DNA of 64,000 nucleotides from NCBI GenBank assembly GCA_964612765.1, contig CAZTEC010000002.1, forward strand, positions 8,205-72,204, in the 5' to 3' direction. Origin of the DNA: an uncultured Carnobacteriaceae bacterium. GTDB taxonomy: Bacteria; Bacillota; Bacilli; Lactobacillales; Carnobacteriaceae_A. Of the stretch, positions 29,911-40,083 are shown piece by piece; the stretch's first letter is position 1, and the number at the start of each line of letters is the position of its first letter. The notes beneath the pieces were generated by a model. It was not told where the DNA came from. It worked only from the letters and a program-made list of their open reading frames with translations, and did no database searches. The position numbers and the translations under genes are program-made.

Positions 29911-30143
29911 TTTTCACTGTCCTCTGGGTTTGACTTTATTCTTTACTAATTTAAATGCAACTATATTTCACATTATTAGGTCGCAATTACAATTTTCATT
30001 TCTTCCATTATTCCTGAATCCGGTTAAGAAGTCCAATATTTTTGTTATTTCTACAATTTTCGAGAAAAATAAAAATAATTTCGCGGAAATCGGATTATTT
30101 TGCAAATAATAATAATAGAACGAATTTTACAAGGAGGAATGAA

Positions 30144-31052
30144 ATGTTAATTAAAGCACGGGAAAAATCGTATAGCCATTTAATTTTGGAGTCTTTAAAT
30201 GTTCGAGGGGAGCTATCGATTCAGGAGAAAAAGCAATATGTCAATCAAGTGAGAGGTTTTGAAGGCAAGCAGTGGTTCGACGAATTTGTCGAGCAGGCAG
30301 ATTTGCAAGCACTCGTTATCAATGACTTGTTTTTAAATGGCCCGGATACGAATTACCAATTCGATTCGGTGGTCATTTTGGAAAATCGGGTGAATATTTA
30401 TGAAGTGAAAAATTATACAGGAAGATATTCGTATAGAGATGGTCAGTTGTTTTCTGAAAATGGATTTCGAATGCAGGATCCGGTTGCTCAGGCTAAGCGG
30501 AAGCAATCCTATTTGCATAATTTTTCGTTGGCACGCGGATTCTCGTGTGAAGTTAATGCATATGTCGTTTTCATCAATCCAAATTTTTATATTTATACCC
30601 TTCCGGAAAATGACGATATTATTTTTGCCGGCCAGCTGGAATATCATTTGAAAGAATTGACGGACGATTCTTATCCTATTACTGCACAAGATACGCGGTT
30701 AGGAAAATTATTAGTAAGGAAGCATCATGAAAATTATCGTCCCGATAATTTACCTTCGTACGATTTTGAAACGATTAAAAAAGGCATTCGTTGTGGGAAA
30801 TGTAATTCGTTTGAAGCGACAAAAACTAGACAAAAAAGGTTCTGTGCTTCCTGTGGTTGTATAGAAAAAATTTCAGATGCCCTTTATCGAAATATACTAG
30901 AATTCCAATTACTTTTTCCTGAAATACCAGTAAGTGTTAAAAATATTCGTGAATGGTTAGACGGTAATTATTCTGATGCTAGAATCAGAAGAGTATTGGA
31001 TAATAATATGACAATAGAACTTTATGGACCGTCGACTTTTTATAAAAGCTAA
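30144..31052 (+). CDS. NERD (PD-(D/E)xK) domain protein with Zn-ribbon and probable C-terminal winged HTH
   Basis: RBS AAGGAGG; GFEG(K), QFD74, E87-V-K89-N, DPVAQ, VVFINP; C217xxC220...C234xxC237. Confidence 0.85.
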   Translation: MLIKAREKSYSHLILESLNVRGELSIQEKKQYVNQVRGFEGKQWFDEFVEQADLQALVINDLFLNGPDTNYQFDSVVILENRVNIYEVKNYTGRYSYRDGQLFSENGFRMQDPVAQAKRKQSYLHNFSLARGFSCEVNAYVVFINPNFYIYTLPENDDIIFAGQLEYHLKELTDDSYPITAQDTRLGKLLVRKHHENYRPDNLPSYDFETIKKGIRCGKCNSFEATKTRQKRFCASCGCIEKISDALYRNILEFQLLFPEIPVSVKNIREWLDGNYSDARIRRVLDNNMTIELYGPSTFYKS

Positions 31053-31063
31053 ATATTCTTAAT

Positions 31064-31216
31064 GCTATCTTAACAAGTTGGTATCACTTTTATGTCAACT
31101 TGTGAGGATAGAGCCGTTATCTTAACAAGTTAGCTTCATTTTCATGTCAACTTGTGAGGATAGAGCTGTTATCTTAACAAGTTGGCTTCATTTTCGCGTC
31201 AACTTGTCAAGATAGC
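31064..31216. repeat. Tandem array of three 52-bp palindromic units
   Basis: Units start 31064, 31116, 31168; each (G)YTATCTTAACAAGTTRG[21 protein letters not shown]; begins 11 bp after the NERD stop. Confidence 0.92.
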
Positions 31217-31238
31217 CTATCCCCACCGAAACTATCAA

Positions 31239-31272
31239 AAAAAACGAGCCAACTTTTCGGTCAGCTCGCTTT
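31239..31272. terminator. Terminator of mnmE-mnmG
   Basis: AAAACGAGC...GCTCGCTTT with a long A run (U tract on - strand). Confidence 0.65.
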
Positions 31273-31307
31273 AATTTATTCATTTTCTCAAAAATGATCA
31301 AGAATAT

Positions 31308-33206
31308 TTAATTTTCGACGGTTTCGTATGATCCTTGTTCAACATACACGCTAAGAATAGCGATATCAGATGGCGTTACTCCACTGATTCGGCTGGCTTG
31401 CGCGATAGTTTCTGGTTGAATTTTTGTCAGACGGTCGACGGCTTCTGAAGCTAGGCTTCCAATTGCTGTATAGTCGATGTTTGCAGGGATTTTTTTGTTT
31501 TCCATACGTTTGACTTTGTCCACTTTTCGTTGTGCTTTATTGATATAGCCTTCATATTTAATATGAATTTCTACTTGTTCTTTCACTTGTTTCGAAACAT
31601 CGTAGTCTGCAGGGTAAATCGCAGCCACATCGTCATAAGCCACATAAGGCCGACGCATAAAATCGTAAGCTAGCACACCATCTTTTAATTGAGGCTCGCC
31701 TTTTTCGTCTAAATACGTTTCGACTTGACTTGGTTTAATGCGTAATGTTTTTAATCGTTCCAATTCGGCTTTTGTTTGATCTCTTTTTTCGGTAAATGAC
31801 GCATATCGTTCTTCGGAAATTAATCCAAAATCATAACCATAATCTGTTAAACGTAAATCTGCATTGTCATGACGCAATAATAAACGATATTCCGCACGCG
31901 AGGTCAATAAACGATAAGGTTCAGTCGTCCCTTTTGTGACTAAATCATCTAGCATAACGCCGATATAACTTTCATTACGTTTCATAATGAATGGCTCTTT
32001 GCCTTGGTTTCTCAAGGCCGCGTTAATTCCAGCAATTAAACCTTGGCCGGCAGCTTCTTCATATCCAGAAGTTCCGTTTGTTTGACCGGCTGTAAATAAA
32101 CCTTCGATTAATTTTGTTTCTAAACTTGGACGTAATTGGTGAGGTAAGACGACATCGTACTCAATCGCATAACCTGTTCGCATCATCTGCGCATTTTCCA
32201 AACCTTTCACCGAACGCAAGACGTCCATTTGAACATCTTCTGGTAAAGAGGTATTCAATCCTTGAACGTAGATTTCATTTGTATTCGCACTTTCAGGCTC
32301 TAAGAAAATTTGGTGACGATTTTTATCCGCGAAACGAACTACTTTATCCTCGATTGACGGACAATAACGAGCACCTACTCCATCAATAATTCCTGTAAAC
32401 ATTGGCGCACGATCGATATTATCCAAAATAACTTCGTGTGTATCTGGATTCGTGTACGTTAACCAGCAAGAATATTGGTCTTCAACCGGCATATAATTTT
32501 CATCCGCTGTTTCATAACTGAAGTGGTTAGGTTCCGCATCTCCAGGTTGTTCCTCAGTAAATGAATAATCAATCGAATCTTTATGAATTCTTGGTGGCGT
32601 ACCTGTCTTAAATCGATCCAATTCTAAACCAATTTTTTCTAAGTTTTCTTGTAATTTAATCGATGGCAAAGTATTCTCCGGACCGGATGAATATTTTAAT
32701 TCGCCAATAATAATTTCACCACGCGCTGAAGTTCCTGTCGTCAAGACAACAGACTTCGCATGGAAAATCGCACCCGTATTCAAAACGACACCTTTGACTA
32801 CGTTATCTTCGATAATCAAATCTTCAACGATGGCTTGTTTTAAATCTAAGTTTTCTGTATTTTCAAGCGTCTTTTTCATTTCAGACGAATACAAATGTTT
32901 GTCTGCTTGCGCGCGTAATGCACGAACCGCAGGGCCTTTCGCCGTATTTAATAAACGCATTTGAATATATGTTTTGTCAATGTTGCGTCCCATTTCTCCG
33001 CCTAAAGCATCAATTTCTCGAACGACGATTCCTTTAGCCGGTCCACCGATCGATGGATTACAAGGCATGAACGCAATTTTATCTAAACTAATTGTAACTA
33101 ATAATGTTTGTTGACCCATTCGTGCTGCGGCTAATGCGGCTTCAGAACCCGCATGTCCCCCACCAACCACGATGACGTCATAATTTCCAGCTTCGTATGT
33201 TTGCAT
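31308..33206 (-). CDS. mnmG: tRNA U34 carboxymethylaminomethyl modification enzyme MnmG (GidA)
   Basis: [41 protein letters not shown]. Confidence 0.98.
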   Translation of the reverse strand: MQTYEAGNYDVIVVGGGHAGSEAALAAARMGQQTLLVTISLDKIAFMPCNPSIGGPAKGIVVREIDALGGEMGRNIDKTYIQMRLLNTAKGPAVRALRAQADKHLYSSEMKKTLENTENLDLKQAIVEDLIIEDNVVKGVVLNTGAIFHAKSVVLTTGTSARGEIIIGELKYSSGPENTLPSIKLQENLEKIGLELDRFKTGTPPRIHKDSIDYSFTEEQPGDAEPNHFSYETADENYMPVEDQYSCWLTYTNPDTHEVILDNIDRAPMFTGIIDGVGARYCPSIEDKVVRFADKNRHQIFLEPESANTNEIYVQGLNTSLPEDVQMDVLRSVKGLENAQMMRTGYAIEYDVVLPHQLRPSLETKLIEGLFTAGQTNGTSGYEEAAGQGLIAGINAALRNQGKEPFIMKRNESYIGVMLDDLVTKGTTEPYRLLTSRAEYRLLLRHDNADLRLTDYGYDFGLISEERYASFTEKRDQTKAELERLKTLRIKPSQVETYLDEKGEPQLKDGVLAYDFMRRPYVAYDDVAAIYPADYDVSKQVKEQVEIHIKYEGYINKAQRKVDKVKRMENKKIPANIDYTAIGSLASEAVDRLTKIQPETIAQASRISGVTPSDIAILSVYVEQGSYETVEN

Positions 33207-33220
33207 AATAACCTCCTAAG

Positions 33221-34609
33221 TTATTTCCCAAGACAGAATTGACTAAATAGTTGTGTAATTAATTCGTCTTGAACAGAGTCTCCTGTCACTTCTCCAAGTA
33301 AATCCCAAGCGCGGGTCAAATCAATCTGAACCAGATCAACCGGCATACCCAGCTCAATCCCATTAATGACTTCTTCTAAAGATTGGACGGCCTGTTCCAG
33401 CAATGAAATATGACGAATATTTGAAATATACGTCGCATCTTTTTCGCCAGTCTTCCCTTCAAAAAACAAATCAACAATGGCATTTTCAACTTCAGTCATC
33501 CCGGTATTTTCAGTGACTGAGACAGAAATGATGGATTTCGGATTCACTTTATCCAGTAATTGATCGACATCTAATTTTTGAATCAGATCCATTTTATTTA
33601 AAATAATTAAACGCTCTTTATTTTCAGTAAGCTCCAACAATTCAAAATCTTCCACTGTTAATGCCTGACTTTGATCAAAAATAAGCAGCACTAATTCCGC
33701 TTGTTCGATTTCTTTTCTACTACGTGTTACACCGATACGCTCAACTTCATCATCCGTTTCACGAATTCCCGCAGTATCGATTAATCGCAAAGGCACAGCC
33801 TTCACGTTCACATATTCTTCGATAACATCGCGCGTAGTTCCCGCGATATCCGTCACGATTGCCCGATCTGAACGAGCAAAAGCATTAAGTAGACTCGATT
33901 TCCCAACATTTGGACGACCAATAATTGCCGTCGCAAGACCATCACGTAAAATTTTCCCCTGTTGTGCCGTTTCTAGAATGGATTCAACGTGTAGCTTCAC
34001 TTCACCAGCTTTTTCAAGCAATAACTGCGACGTCATTTCTTCGACATCATCGTATTCAGGGTAATCAATATTCACTTCAACTTGTGCTAGAGTTTCAAGA
34101 ATGTCTTGACGTAAGTTTTTAATCAAAGTGGATAAATTTCCATCTAGTTGTGAAATCGCGTTGTGCATTGCTTTGTCTGTCTTCGCACGAATGACATCCA
34201 TTACTGCTTCTGCTTGTGAAAGATCAATTCGACCATTTAAAAAAGCGCGTTTCGTAAATTCACCTGGTTCAGCTAAGCGAGCACCTGATGCTAAGACGGT
34301 TTGTAACACTTTGTTTGTCACATGAACCCCGCCATGTGTATTGATTTCTACAATATCTTCACGTGTATACGTCTTCGGTTCACGCATAATCGTGACCATC
34401 ACTTCATCAATTTTTTCGTTCGTTTTTGGATTATAAATATTCCCATAGTGAATTGTGTGGGAAGGTTGATCAGAAAGCCGCTTACTTCCCTGCTTATACA
34501 CCTTCTCCGCAATATCCAAGGCTTCGTCTCCACTTAAACGAACAATTCCAATCCCACCTTCACCTGGTGGAGTCGAAATAGCCGCAATTGTATCAAATTC
34601 TATTGCCAT
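33221..34609 (-). CDS. mnmE: tRNA modification GTPase MnmE (TrmE)
   Basis: [35 protein letters not shown]. Confidence 0.98.
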   Translation of the reverse strand: MAIEFDTIAAISTPPGEGGIGIVRLSGDEALDIAEKVYKQGSKRLSDQPSHTIHYGNIYNPKTNEKIDEVMVTIMREPKTYTREDIVEINTHGGVHVTNKVLQTVLASGARLAEPGEFTKRAFLNGRIDLSQAEAVMDVIRAKTDKAMHNAISQLDGNLSTLIKNLRQDILETLAQVEVNIDYPEYDDVEEMTSQLLLEKAGEVKLHVESILETAQQGKILRDGLATAIIGRPNVGKSSLLNAFARSDRAIVTDIAGTTRDVIEEYVNVKAVPLRLIDTAGIRETDDEVERIGVTRSRKEIEQAELVLLIFDQSQALTVEDFELLELTENKERLIILNKMDLIQKLDVDQLLDKVNPKSIISVSVTENTGMTEVENAIVDLFFEGKTGEKDATYISNIRHISLLEQAVQSLEEVINGIELGMPVDLVQIDLTRAWDLLGEVTGDSVQDELITQLFSQFCLGK

Positions 34610-34656
34610 TTTCTTTACTCCTCACTCTTCTCATCTGATTTTTTTACCATACAAAC

Positions 34657-34799
34657 AAAAAAAGTACTTCATTTACCCCTCGGAAATGACGACAAATCGC
34701 CGTGCCAAAAGGTAAAAAGTACTTTCACTACTTTTTAAGTAATCTTATGCTGTTTTCTTTTGCGCCTACCATTCTAACCAATCTAAACCTCGATTTCAA
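34657..34799 (-). promoter_or_regulatory. mnmEG promoter and leader with terminator-like hairpin
   Basis: TTGAAA(34799-34794)-17-TAGAAT(34776-34771); long stem 34661-34725 followed by a U tract upstream of the mnmE RBS. Confidence 0.6.
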
Positions 34800-34869
34800 G
34801 AGATTGACTCAAAATAATTCAAAAAAGAAAAACTGCCCTCAGATAGCCAAAGGACAGTTAATAATAAGT

Positions 34870-35830
34870 CTAATATTTTTGAATAGCTGTTTCAATAGCT
34901 TCAACAAGGATAGTATCTGTCAAGCCAGTTGTTTCTTTTATGACGTCTTCAACATCTTGTTCTTTTAACATTTTCTGTAGACGGACACTTTCATCATCCG
35001 CTGGATCGTCATAATGGAAAATCATTCCTACTGTATCCACTAAATTTGTATGCTCCAATTCACGTTCAGCCAATTCTCTGATTGGTAAGATAAAACGTTC
35101 ATTATATCTTAATTTACGAATCGGTGTACGCCCAACTCGAACCACATCATCAGAAATATAAGGATTTTGGAAACGTTCAATTACCGTATTTTGATATGTT
35201 TGATGTTCTTCTTCGTCAAAACCCCATTTTGTAATGAGTAAATTACTCGTTTCGGCTAATACACCTTTCAATTGATTTAATACTTTTTCATCTGAAATAC
35301 CTTCATCAATTGTATTGTAACCAAATAATTTTGATGTATAGGCAACTGTCGCATGACCTGTGTTCACAGAAAGTAGTTTACGTTCAATATAAGGCTCAAG
35401 CGAGTCTTCATAAAGAACACCATCTAGTTTCAGGTCCTTATTTTTCATTTGTGACTCATCGATAATCCACTCACTAAAAGGTTCTACCGAAACGAATAAA
35501 GGATCTTCATGTGACTGTGCTGGAATAATACGATCTACGGCTGCATTAGGGAAACCAACATATTTTTCAATTGTAGCTTTTTCATCTGTCGTTAAATCTT
35601 TTGTGACATACTCTTTTAACTTTTCACTACCGCCAATCATGTTCTCACATGCAATCACGTCAATTGATGCAACATTTTCCTTCTCTAGGCGGAGCGATAG
35701 ACCTTTTGTGATGAGAGGTGCGATAAATGGTAAAATATTTGGACCAATAGCGGTTGTAATAATATCTGCATCAATAATTTCATTGGCTACTAAATCAGGA
35801 TCCGTTTGATTGTTTATTCCACGAACATTG
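34870..35830 (-). pseudogene. mtlD: 5'-truncated mannitol-1-phosphate 5-dehydrogenase
   Basis: In-frame homology extends to NVRGINN...[14 protein letters not shown], then an in-frame TAA; the N-terminal HFGAGNIGRG NAD-binding motif is missing. [32 protein letters not shown] are present. Confidence 0.85.
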
Positions 35831-35966
35831 AAGAAGCTGCAAAATTAATTAAATAGTAATGTTGTTACAGACACTCAAAGCGATCTATTTGCTTTGAGTG
35901 TTTTTATCTTTCTACTGACTCAGAATAGTTTCCAAAATTTTAAAAAAGCGGACAAGTCCACTTTTC

Positions 35967-37247
35967 TTATTCTAAACTTTCTGCTCGCTTCACATCTCCA
36001 ACTAGATATAAAGAACCAAATTGGATGACAACCGCATCCTTCGGTAAAGTATTTTTTAAATATGAAAGAATATCTTCCATTTGTTCAAATCCTTGCGCTT
36101 TGAAGCCCGCATTTTTTAAGTCATTGACTACAGAAGAAACGTCAAAACCACGATAAAGATCCGGTGAAATGACGAGGAATTCTTGCGCTAGGTGTCCTAC
36201 TTTTTGAAGCATTTCGTTATACTCTTTGTCTTTCATCATACCCACGACGAAAACAAATTGTTTACCTGGAAAAGTTTCTTCTAACGTTTCAACTAATCGA
36301 GTGACACTCGCCAAATTATGGGCCCCATCGATATAGAATAGTGGTTCATCCCAAATTTTTTCGAATCTTCCTGGCCATACTGCCTGTTTAAGTCCGCGGT
36401 AAATGACTTCTTTTGTGAGTGGATATCCTTTGTTTGCTAGAACTGTCATAGCTTCTAGCACTAGGCCCGCATTCTCTGCTTGATGCGGCCCTATAAAGGG
36501 CAATTCAACATGATTCCAAGATTTATAAGAAAATATTTGTAAATCAGTTGTGGTCTCTTCTATTTTAATCGCTTCTTTATCTAAAAATGTAAATTTACCA
36601 TCTACTTTTATCGCCCAAAATTCTACTATCTCTTTCAAAGATTCTTCGACAGGTCCAACTATTAAATGCCCTTGATTTTTTAAAATCTGTACTTTTTCAT
36701 TCATAATAGCTTCTCGAGAATAACCTAAAGTCGTCACATGATCTAATCCGATAGATGTTATGACCGCCACTTCAGGAGTATCAATCACATTTGTGGAGTC
36801 TAAACGCCCGCCAATTCCAGCTTCTAAAACGACAACGTCTGGCTGTTTTTCTTGAAAATACAAAAATGCGACAGTCGTCATTAATTCAAAGGCATAATAC
36901 TTTTCACCGAGTGCTTCCTCTAACTCTAAGATAATAGGTTCCATTTTTTCAACAATACGAATAAAATCTGCATCTGTTATATAGTCATTATTTAATCGAA
37001 TACGTTCATTTACAATTTCTAAATGTGGTGAAGTAAATAAGCCAACAGTTAAACCAGCTTCTTGTAATACTGCATTGAAAAGTGATGCAGTCGATCCTTT
37101 TCCATTTGTGCCGGTGATATGAATATAAGAAATATTTTTCTGCGGATTTCCTAGTCGTTCTAATAACTGAAATAATCGGTCCAAACTTTCTTTCTGTCCA
37201 TTTCCTCGGTTTGTATTTACATAGCGAATGACTTTTTCCATATCCAT
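35967..37247 (-). CDS. folC: Folylpolyglutamate synthase/dihydrofolate synthase
   Basis: HITGTNGKGST, FTSPHL, EAGIGGRLDSTN, WPGRFE, DGAHN, FGSLYLVG. Confidence 0.95.
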   Translation of the reverse strand: MDMEKVIRYVNTNRGNGQKESLDRLFQLLERLGNPQKNISYIHITGTNGKGSTASLFNAVLQEAGLTVGLFTSPHLEIVNERIRLNNDYITDADFIRIVEKMEPIILELEEALGEKYYAFELMTTVAFLYFQEKQPDVVVLEAGIGGRLDSTNVIDTPEVAVITSIGLDHVTTLGYSREAIMNEKVQILKNQGHLIVGPVEESLKEIVEFWAIKVDGKFTFLDKEAIKIEETTTDLQIFSYKSWNHVELPFIGPHQAENAGLVLEAMTVLANKGYPLTKEVIYRGLKQAVWPGRFEKIWDEPLFYIDGAHNLASVTRLVETLEETFPGKQFVFVVGMMKDKEYNEMLQKVGHLAQEFLVISPDLYRGFDVSSVVNDLKNAGFKAQGFEQMEDILSYLKNTLPKDAVVIQFGSLYLVGDVKRAESLE

Positions 37248-37316
37248 TGTTCACACACTCTTTCACTAAAATTATTCATCCCTAATATTAACCTGTTCAC
37301 CCCAAAATACAAAGAC

Positions 37317-37374
37317 AAAAAGACTCCTCCAGAAAATTTAGCAACCTCATATGGTGCCAAATATTTGGAGGAGT
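37317..37374 (-). terminator. Terminator after jag
   Basis: ACTCCTCCA...TGGAGGAGT stem with a U tract on the - strand. Confidence 0.65.
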
Positions 37375-37379
37375 GCTAT

Positions 37380-37551
37380 ATTTCCTATTTTTTCTTAGGC
37401 CATAACGGGCTTGTTCACATTTCTTTGTCTAGTTCCCTAGCCCTGTCCTATGAAAAAAAAGATAAATGTGACCCATTGCGCGCGTTCGCTGCTCATTCAG
37501 GGTCACATTTCCTATTTTTTCTTAGGCCATAGCGGGCTTGTTCACTTTTCT
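37380..37551. repeat. Dispersed structured repeat, copy B (partial + full unit)
   Basis: About 45-bp tail duplicated at 37380-37424 and 37507-37551; core GATAAATGTGACCCATTGCGCGCGTTCGCTGCTCATTCAGGGTCACATTTCC nearly matches copy A. Confidence 0.85.
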
Positions 37552-37552
37552 T

Positions 37553-38440
37553 TTAATCTTCTGCTGGTTCTACGACTAAGTAACGCTTCGGTTCGCGTCC
37601 TTCTGAATGTGTTTGAACTTTCGGATTACGATTCAAATAACGGTGAATTTGCTTACGTTCATGTGCTGGCATGGGTTCCAACTTCACACGTTTATTTGTT
37701 TTAATCACTTTATCAGCTGTACGTTCAGCTAGTGTTTCAACTGTACTCTTACGACGTTCGCGATATTTTTCAGCATCTACTCGAACATTTAATTTGCTGT
37801 GTGCCAGTTGGTGCATATGGTTTTGTGCCAATGTTTGTAAACCATTCAACACTTTTCCATGGCGACCAATCACTAAACCAGCATTTTCTGTCGAGACATC
37901 ATAGCGAACATTGTCTCCTACTCGACTGGTGTAAACTTCTGCATCAGATATATCCATTGCTAGAATAATTTCTTCTAAGTACACACGAACAGATTCGATC
38001 GCTTCTTGATCAGAAGTTTCGTTTGTTTCAATGGTATCCACTTCGACTGTCGTTTTTTCTTCAATTATTTCTACGTCTGCTCGATTACGTCCTTCAACTA
38101 TTTCTTTTTTTGTCATCTGGCTTTCTTCAGCTTTAGCCGTTGCTACTTTTTCTTCAACTGCTTTTTCTTTATTTTCTTCTTTATGACTAGTTTCTTTAGC
38201 TGATGGTTTCTTTTTATCAGAAAGATTAAATTCTTGAGAAAGGAATTCATCCACTAAGTTCACTTTTTCTTTTCTTTCAACTACAACAACCGCATCTTTT
38301 TGCCCAATTCCAAAGAATCCTTTTTTTCCAGGTTCTTCAACCTTAATCGTCGCCTCATCTCGAGTAATTCCTAGCGCATTAAGACCTTTGATAATAGCTT
38401 CTTCTTGAGTTGGAGCTTGTGCAATATATTTATCGTTCAC
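37553..38440 (-). CDS. jag: Jag/EloR (KhpB) RNA-binding protein
   Basis: Jag_N (KKGFFGIG), KH (VIGRHGKVL), R3H (ERKQIH); GTG 38440 after GGAGG. Confidence 0.93.
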   Translation of the reverse strand: MNDKYIAQAPTQEEAIIKGLNALGITRDEATIKVEEPGKKGFFGIGQKDAVVVVERKEKVNLVDEFLSQEFNLSDKKKPSAKETSHKEENKEKAVEEKVATAKAEESQMTKKEIVEGRNRADVEIIEEKTTVEVDTIETNETSDQEAIESVRVYLEEIILAMDISDAEVYTSRVGDNVRYDVSTENAGLVIGRHGKVLNGLQTLAQNHMHQLAHSKLNVRVDAEKYRERRKSTVETLAERTADKVIKTNKRVKLEPMPAHERKQIHRYLNRNPKVQTHSEGREPKRYLVVEPAED

Positions 38441-38501
38441 GAGTCTACCCTCCAATAAATAATAGGTACTAACATTTCTACAATCTTATTCTAACAAAAA
38501 A

Positions 38502-39356
38502 TTATTTTCTCACGCTACGTCCTGTTTTACGTGCTCTATTAATTGCGCGTTTACGACGACGCTCTTCTTCTTTTTCTTCTTCTTCTTTTTCAATACGTTG
38601 CTTACGTTTAACAAACGGATTATTGAAAATCAATGTTACTACTGCTCGAGTCGCGTTTGATGCCGCAAAATATAACGCTAAAGCTGCAGATACTCTAAAT
38701 GTAATGAAGAAAATCATCACTGGCATCAAAAATGTCATAAAATTAATTTTTTGATTTGGATTTCCGTATGCTAATAATAAACTGTTCGCTAACGTAAATA
38801 AAGTCGCTAATAGTGGTAAAATATAGTATGGATCTGGATTTCCTAATTCTAACCATAAGAAATTACCTGTTGCCAATTCCGGTGTACGGACAACCGTTTG
38901 GTATAAAGAAATAAAGATCGGCATTTGAATCAGCATCGGTAAACAACCCGCTAAAGGATTGACACCCGCTTTTTCTTGCAATGCTTTTGTTTCCTCTTGC
39001 AATTTTGCTTGTGTTTCTTCATCTTTTGCTGAGTATTTTTCACGCAATGCTTCGAGTTCTGGTTGAATTTCCTGCGTTTTCTCCATACTCTTTTGTTGAT
39101 AATTGGTTAATGGTAGTAGAATAATTTGCCCTAAAGCCGTAAAGACGATAATTGCAATCCCATAACTCCCACCAAATAAATCAGATAACCATAAAATAAA
39201 TTGTGATAAATTATAAATAACTACGCCATCCCAGAAACCTTCGCTATTTGGTCCAATTGGATCTGTTGAAGCTGCACAAGCAGATAAAAAGACAACTAAA
39301 CCTAGAAGGGTTAGAGTGAGAATCATTTTTTTATTCTTATTATAAAACTCTTTCAC
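38502..39356 (-). CDS. yidC: Membrane protein insertase YidC (lipoprotein)
   Basis: LSAC lipobox, IQPEL, NPLAGCLPMLIQMPIF, FLWLEL..PDPYYILP. Confidence 0.93.
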   Translation of the reverse strand: MKEFYNKNKKMILTLTLLGLVVFLSACAASTDPIGPNSEGFWDGVVIYNLSQFILWLSDLFGGSYGIAIIVFTALGQIILLPLTNYQQKSMEKTQEIQPELEALREKYSAKDEETQAKLQEETKALQEKAGVNPLAGCLPMLIQMPIFISLYQTVVRTPELATGNFLWLELGNPDPYYILPLLATLFTLANSLLLAYGNPNQKINFMTFLMPVMIFFITFRVSAALALYFAASNATRAVVTLIFNNPFVKRKQRIEKEEEEKEEERRRKRAINRARKTGRSVRK

Positions 39357-39424
39357 TATTTTTCTCTCCTAAAAATATATTCAATTACTAGTATTATACC
39401 TTAAAAAGCACCAATGAATAGGAT

Positions 39425-39787
39425 TTATTTTGAACCATCGTCACTTACAATAACATTCGATAAAGTTAAAACATGTAATAAACTTTTTTTAATTTCTGAA
39501 TATTCCATTTGGTTCACTGGATTCCTAGCAATCACTACAAAATCAAGTGTATGATCGAAAGCTCGTTCCTTCTCAAGTTCCATTAAAGCATGTCGAATTC
39601 GCCGCTTCACTTGATTACGAACCACTGCGTTACCAATTTTCTTACCGACAGAAATTCCTACACGATAATGCTTTTGATTTTCTTTAGGAAGTGTATAGAT
39701 AACAAATTGACGATTCGCTTTCGATTCGCCATCGTGAAATACTCGTTGAAAATCTTTTTCAGATTTTACACGATGAGCCTTTCTCAT
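39425..39787 (-). CDS. rnpA: Ribonuclease P protein component
   Basis: [24 protein letters not shown]. Confidence 0.96.
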   Translation of the reverse strand: MRKAHRVKSEKDFQRVFHDGESKANRQFVIYTLPKENQKHYRVGISVGKKIGNAVVRNQVKRRIRHALMELEKERAFDHTLDFVVIARNPVNQMEYSEIKKSLLHVLTLSNVIVSDDGSK

Positions 39788-39942
39788 CTTTTAAACTTCC
39801 TCTCTTTTCAAAAAATGATACGAATAATGCTCTAAAAATTTTATCTTATGAAAACGTATCAACTCTATAACTACAAAAAAGCGACATTCACTCAGTTATG
39901 AGATCCTGTCGCTTTAGTTTTTATAAAACGAATTCATCATGA

Positions 39943-40083
39943 TTAATGAGTCAAACGCTTTCTACCTTTACGACGTCTGTTTTTCAAAACTCTACGTCCA
40001 TTTTTAGTGCTCATGCGTTTACGGAATCCGTGAACTTTTTTTCTTTTACGTTTTTTTGGTTGGTATGTTAATCCTTCTGACAT
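39943..40083 (-). CDS. rpmH: 50S ribosomal protein L34
   Basis: Manual translation [55 protein letters not shown]; below the ORF-track size cutoff. Confidence 0.95.
   Translation of the reverse strand: MSEGLTYQPKKRKRKKVHGFRKRMSTKNGRRVLKNRRRKGRKRLTH

Noticed and set aside
31064-31216. CRISPR array
   Set aside because: Units are near-identical along their length with only short, similar loops; no unique 30-40 nt spacers and no cas genes in the window.
34702-34968. 88-aa + strand ORF
   Set aside because: Overlaps the mnmE promoter, a terminator and the mtlD end antisense; no RBS.
37450-37704. 84-aa + strand ORF MKKKINVTHCARSLL
   Set aside because: Reads through repeat copy B and antisense to jag; no RBS.
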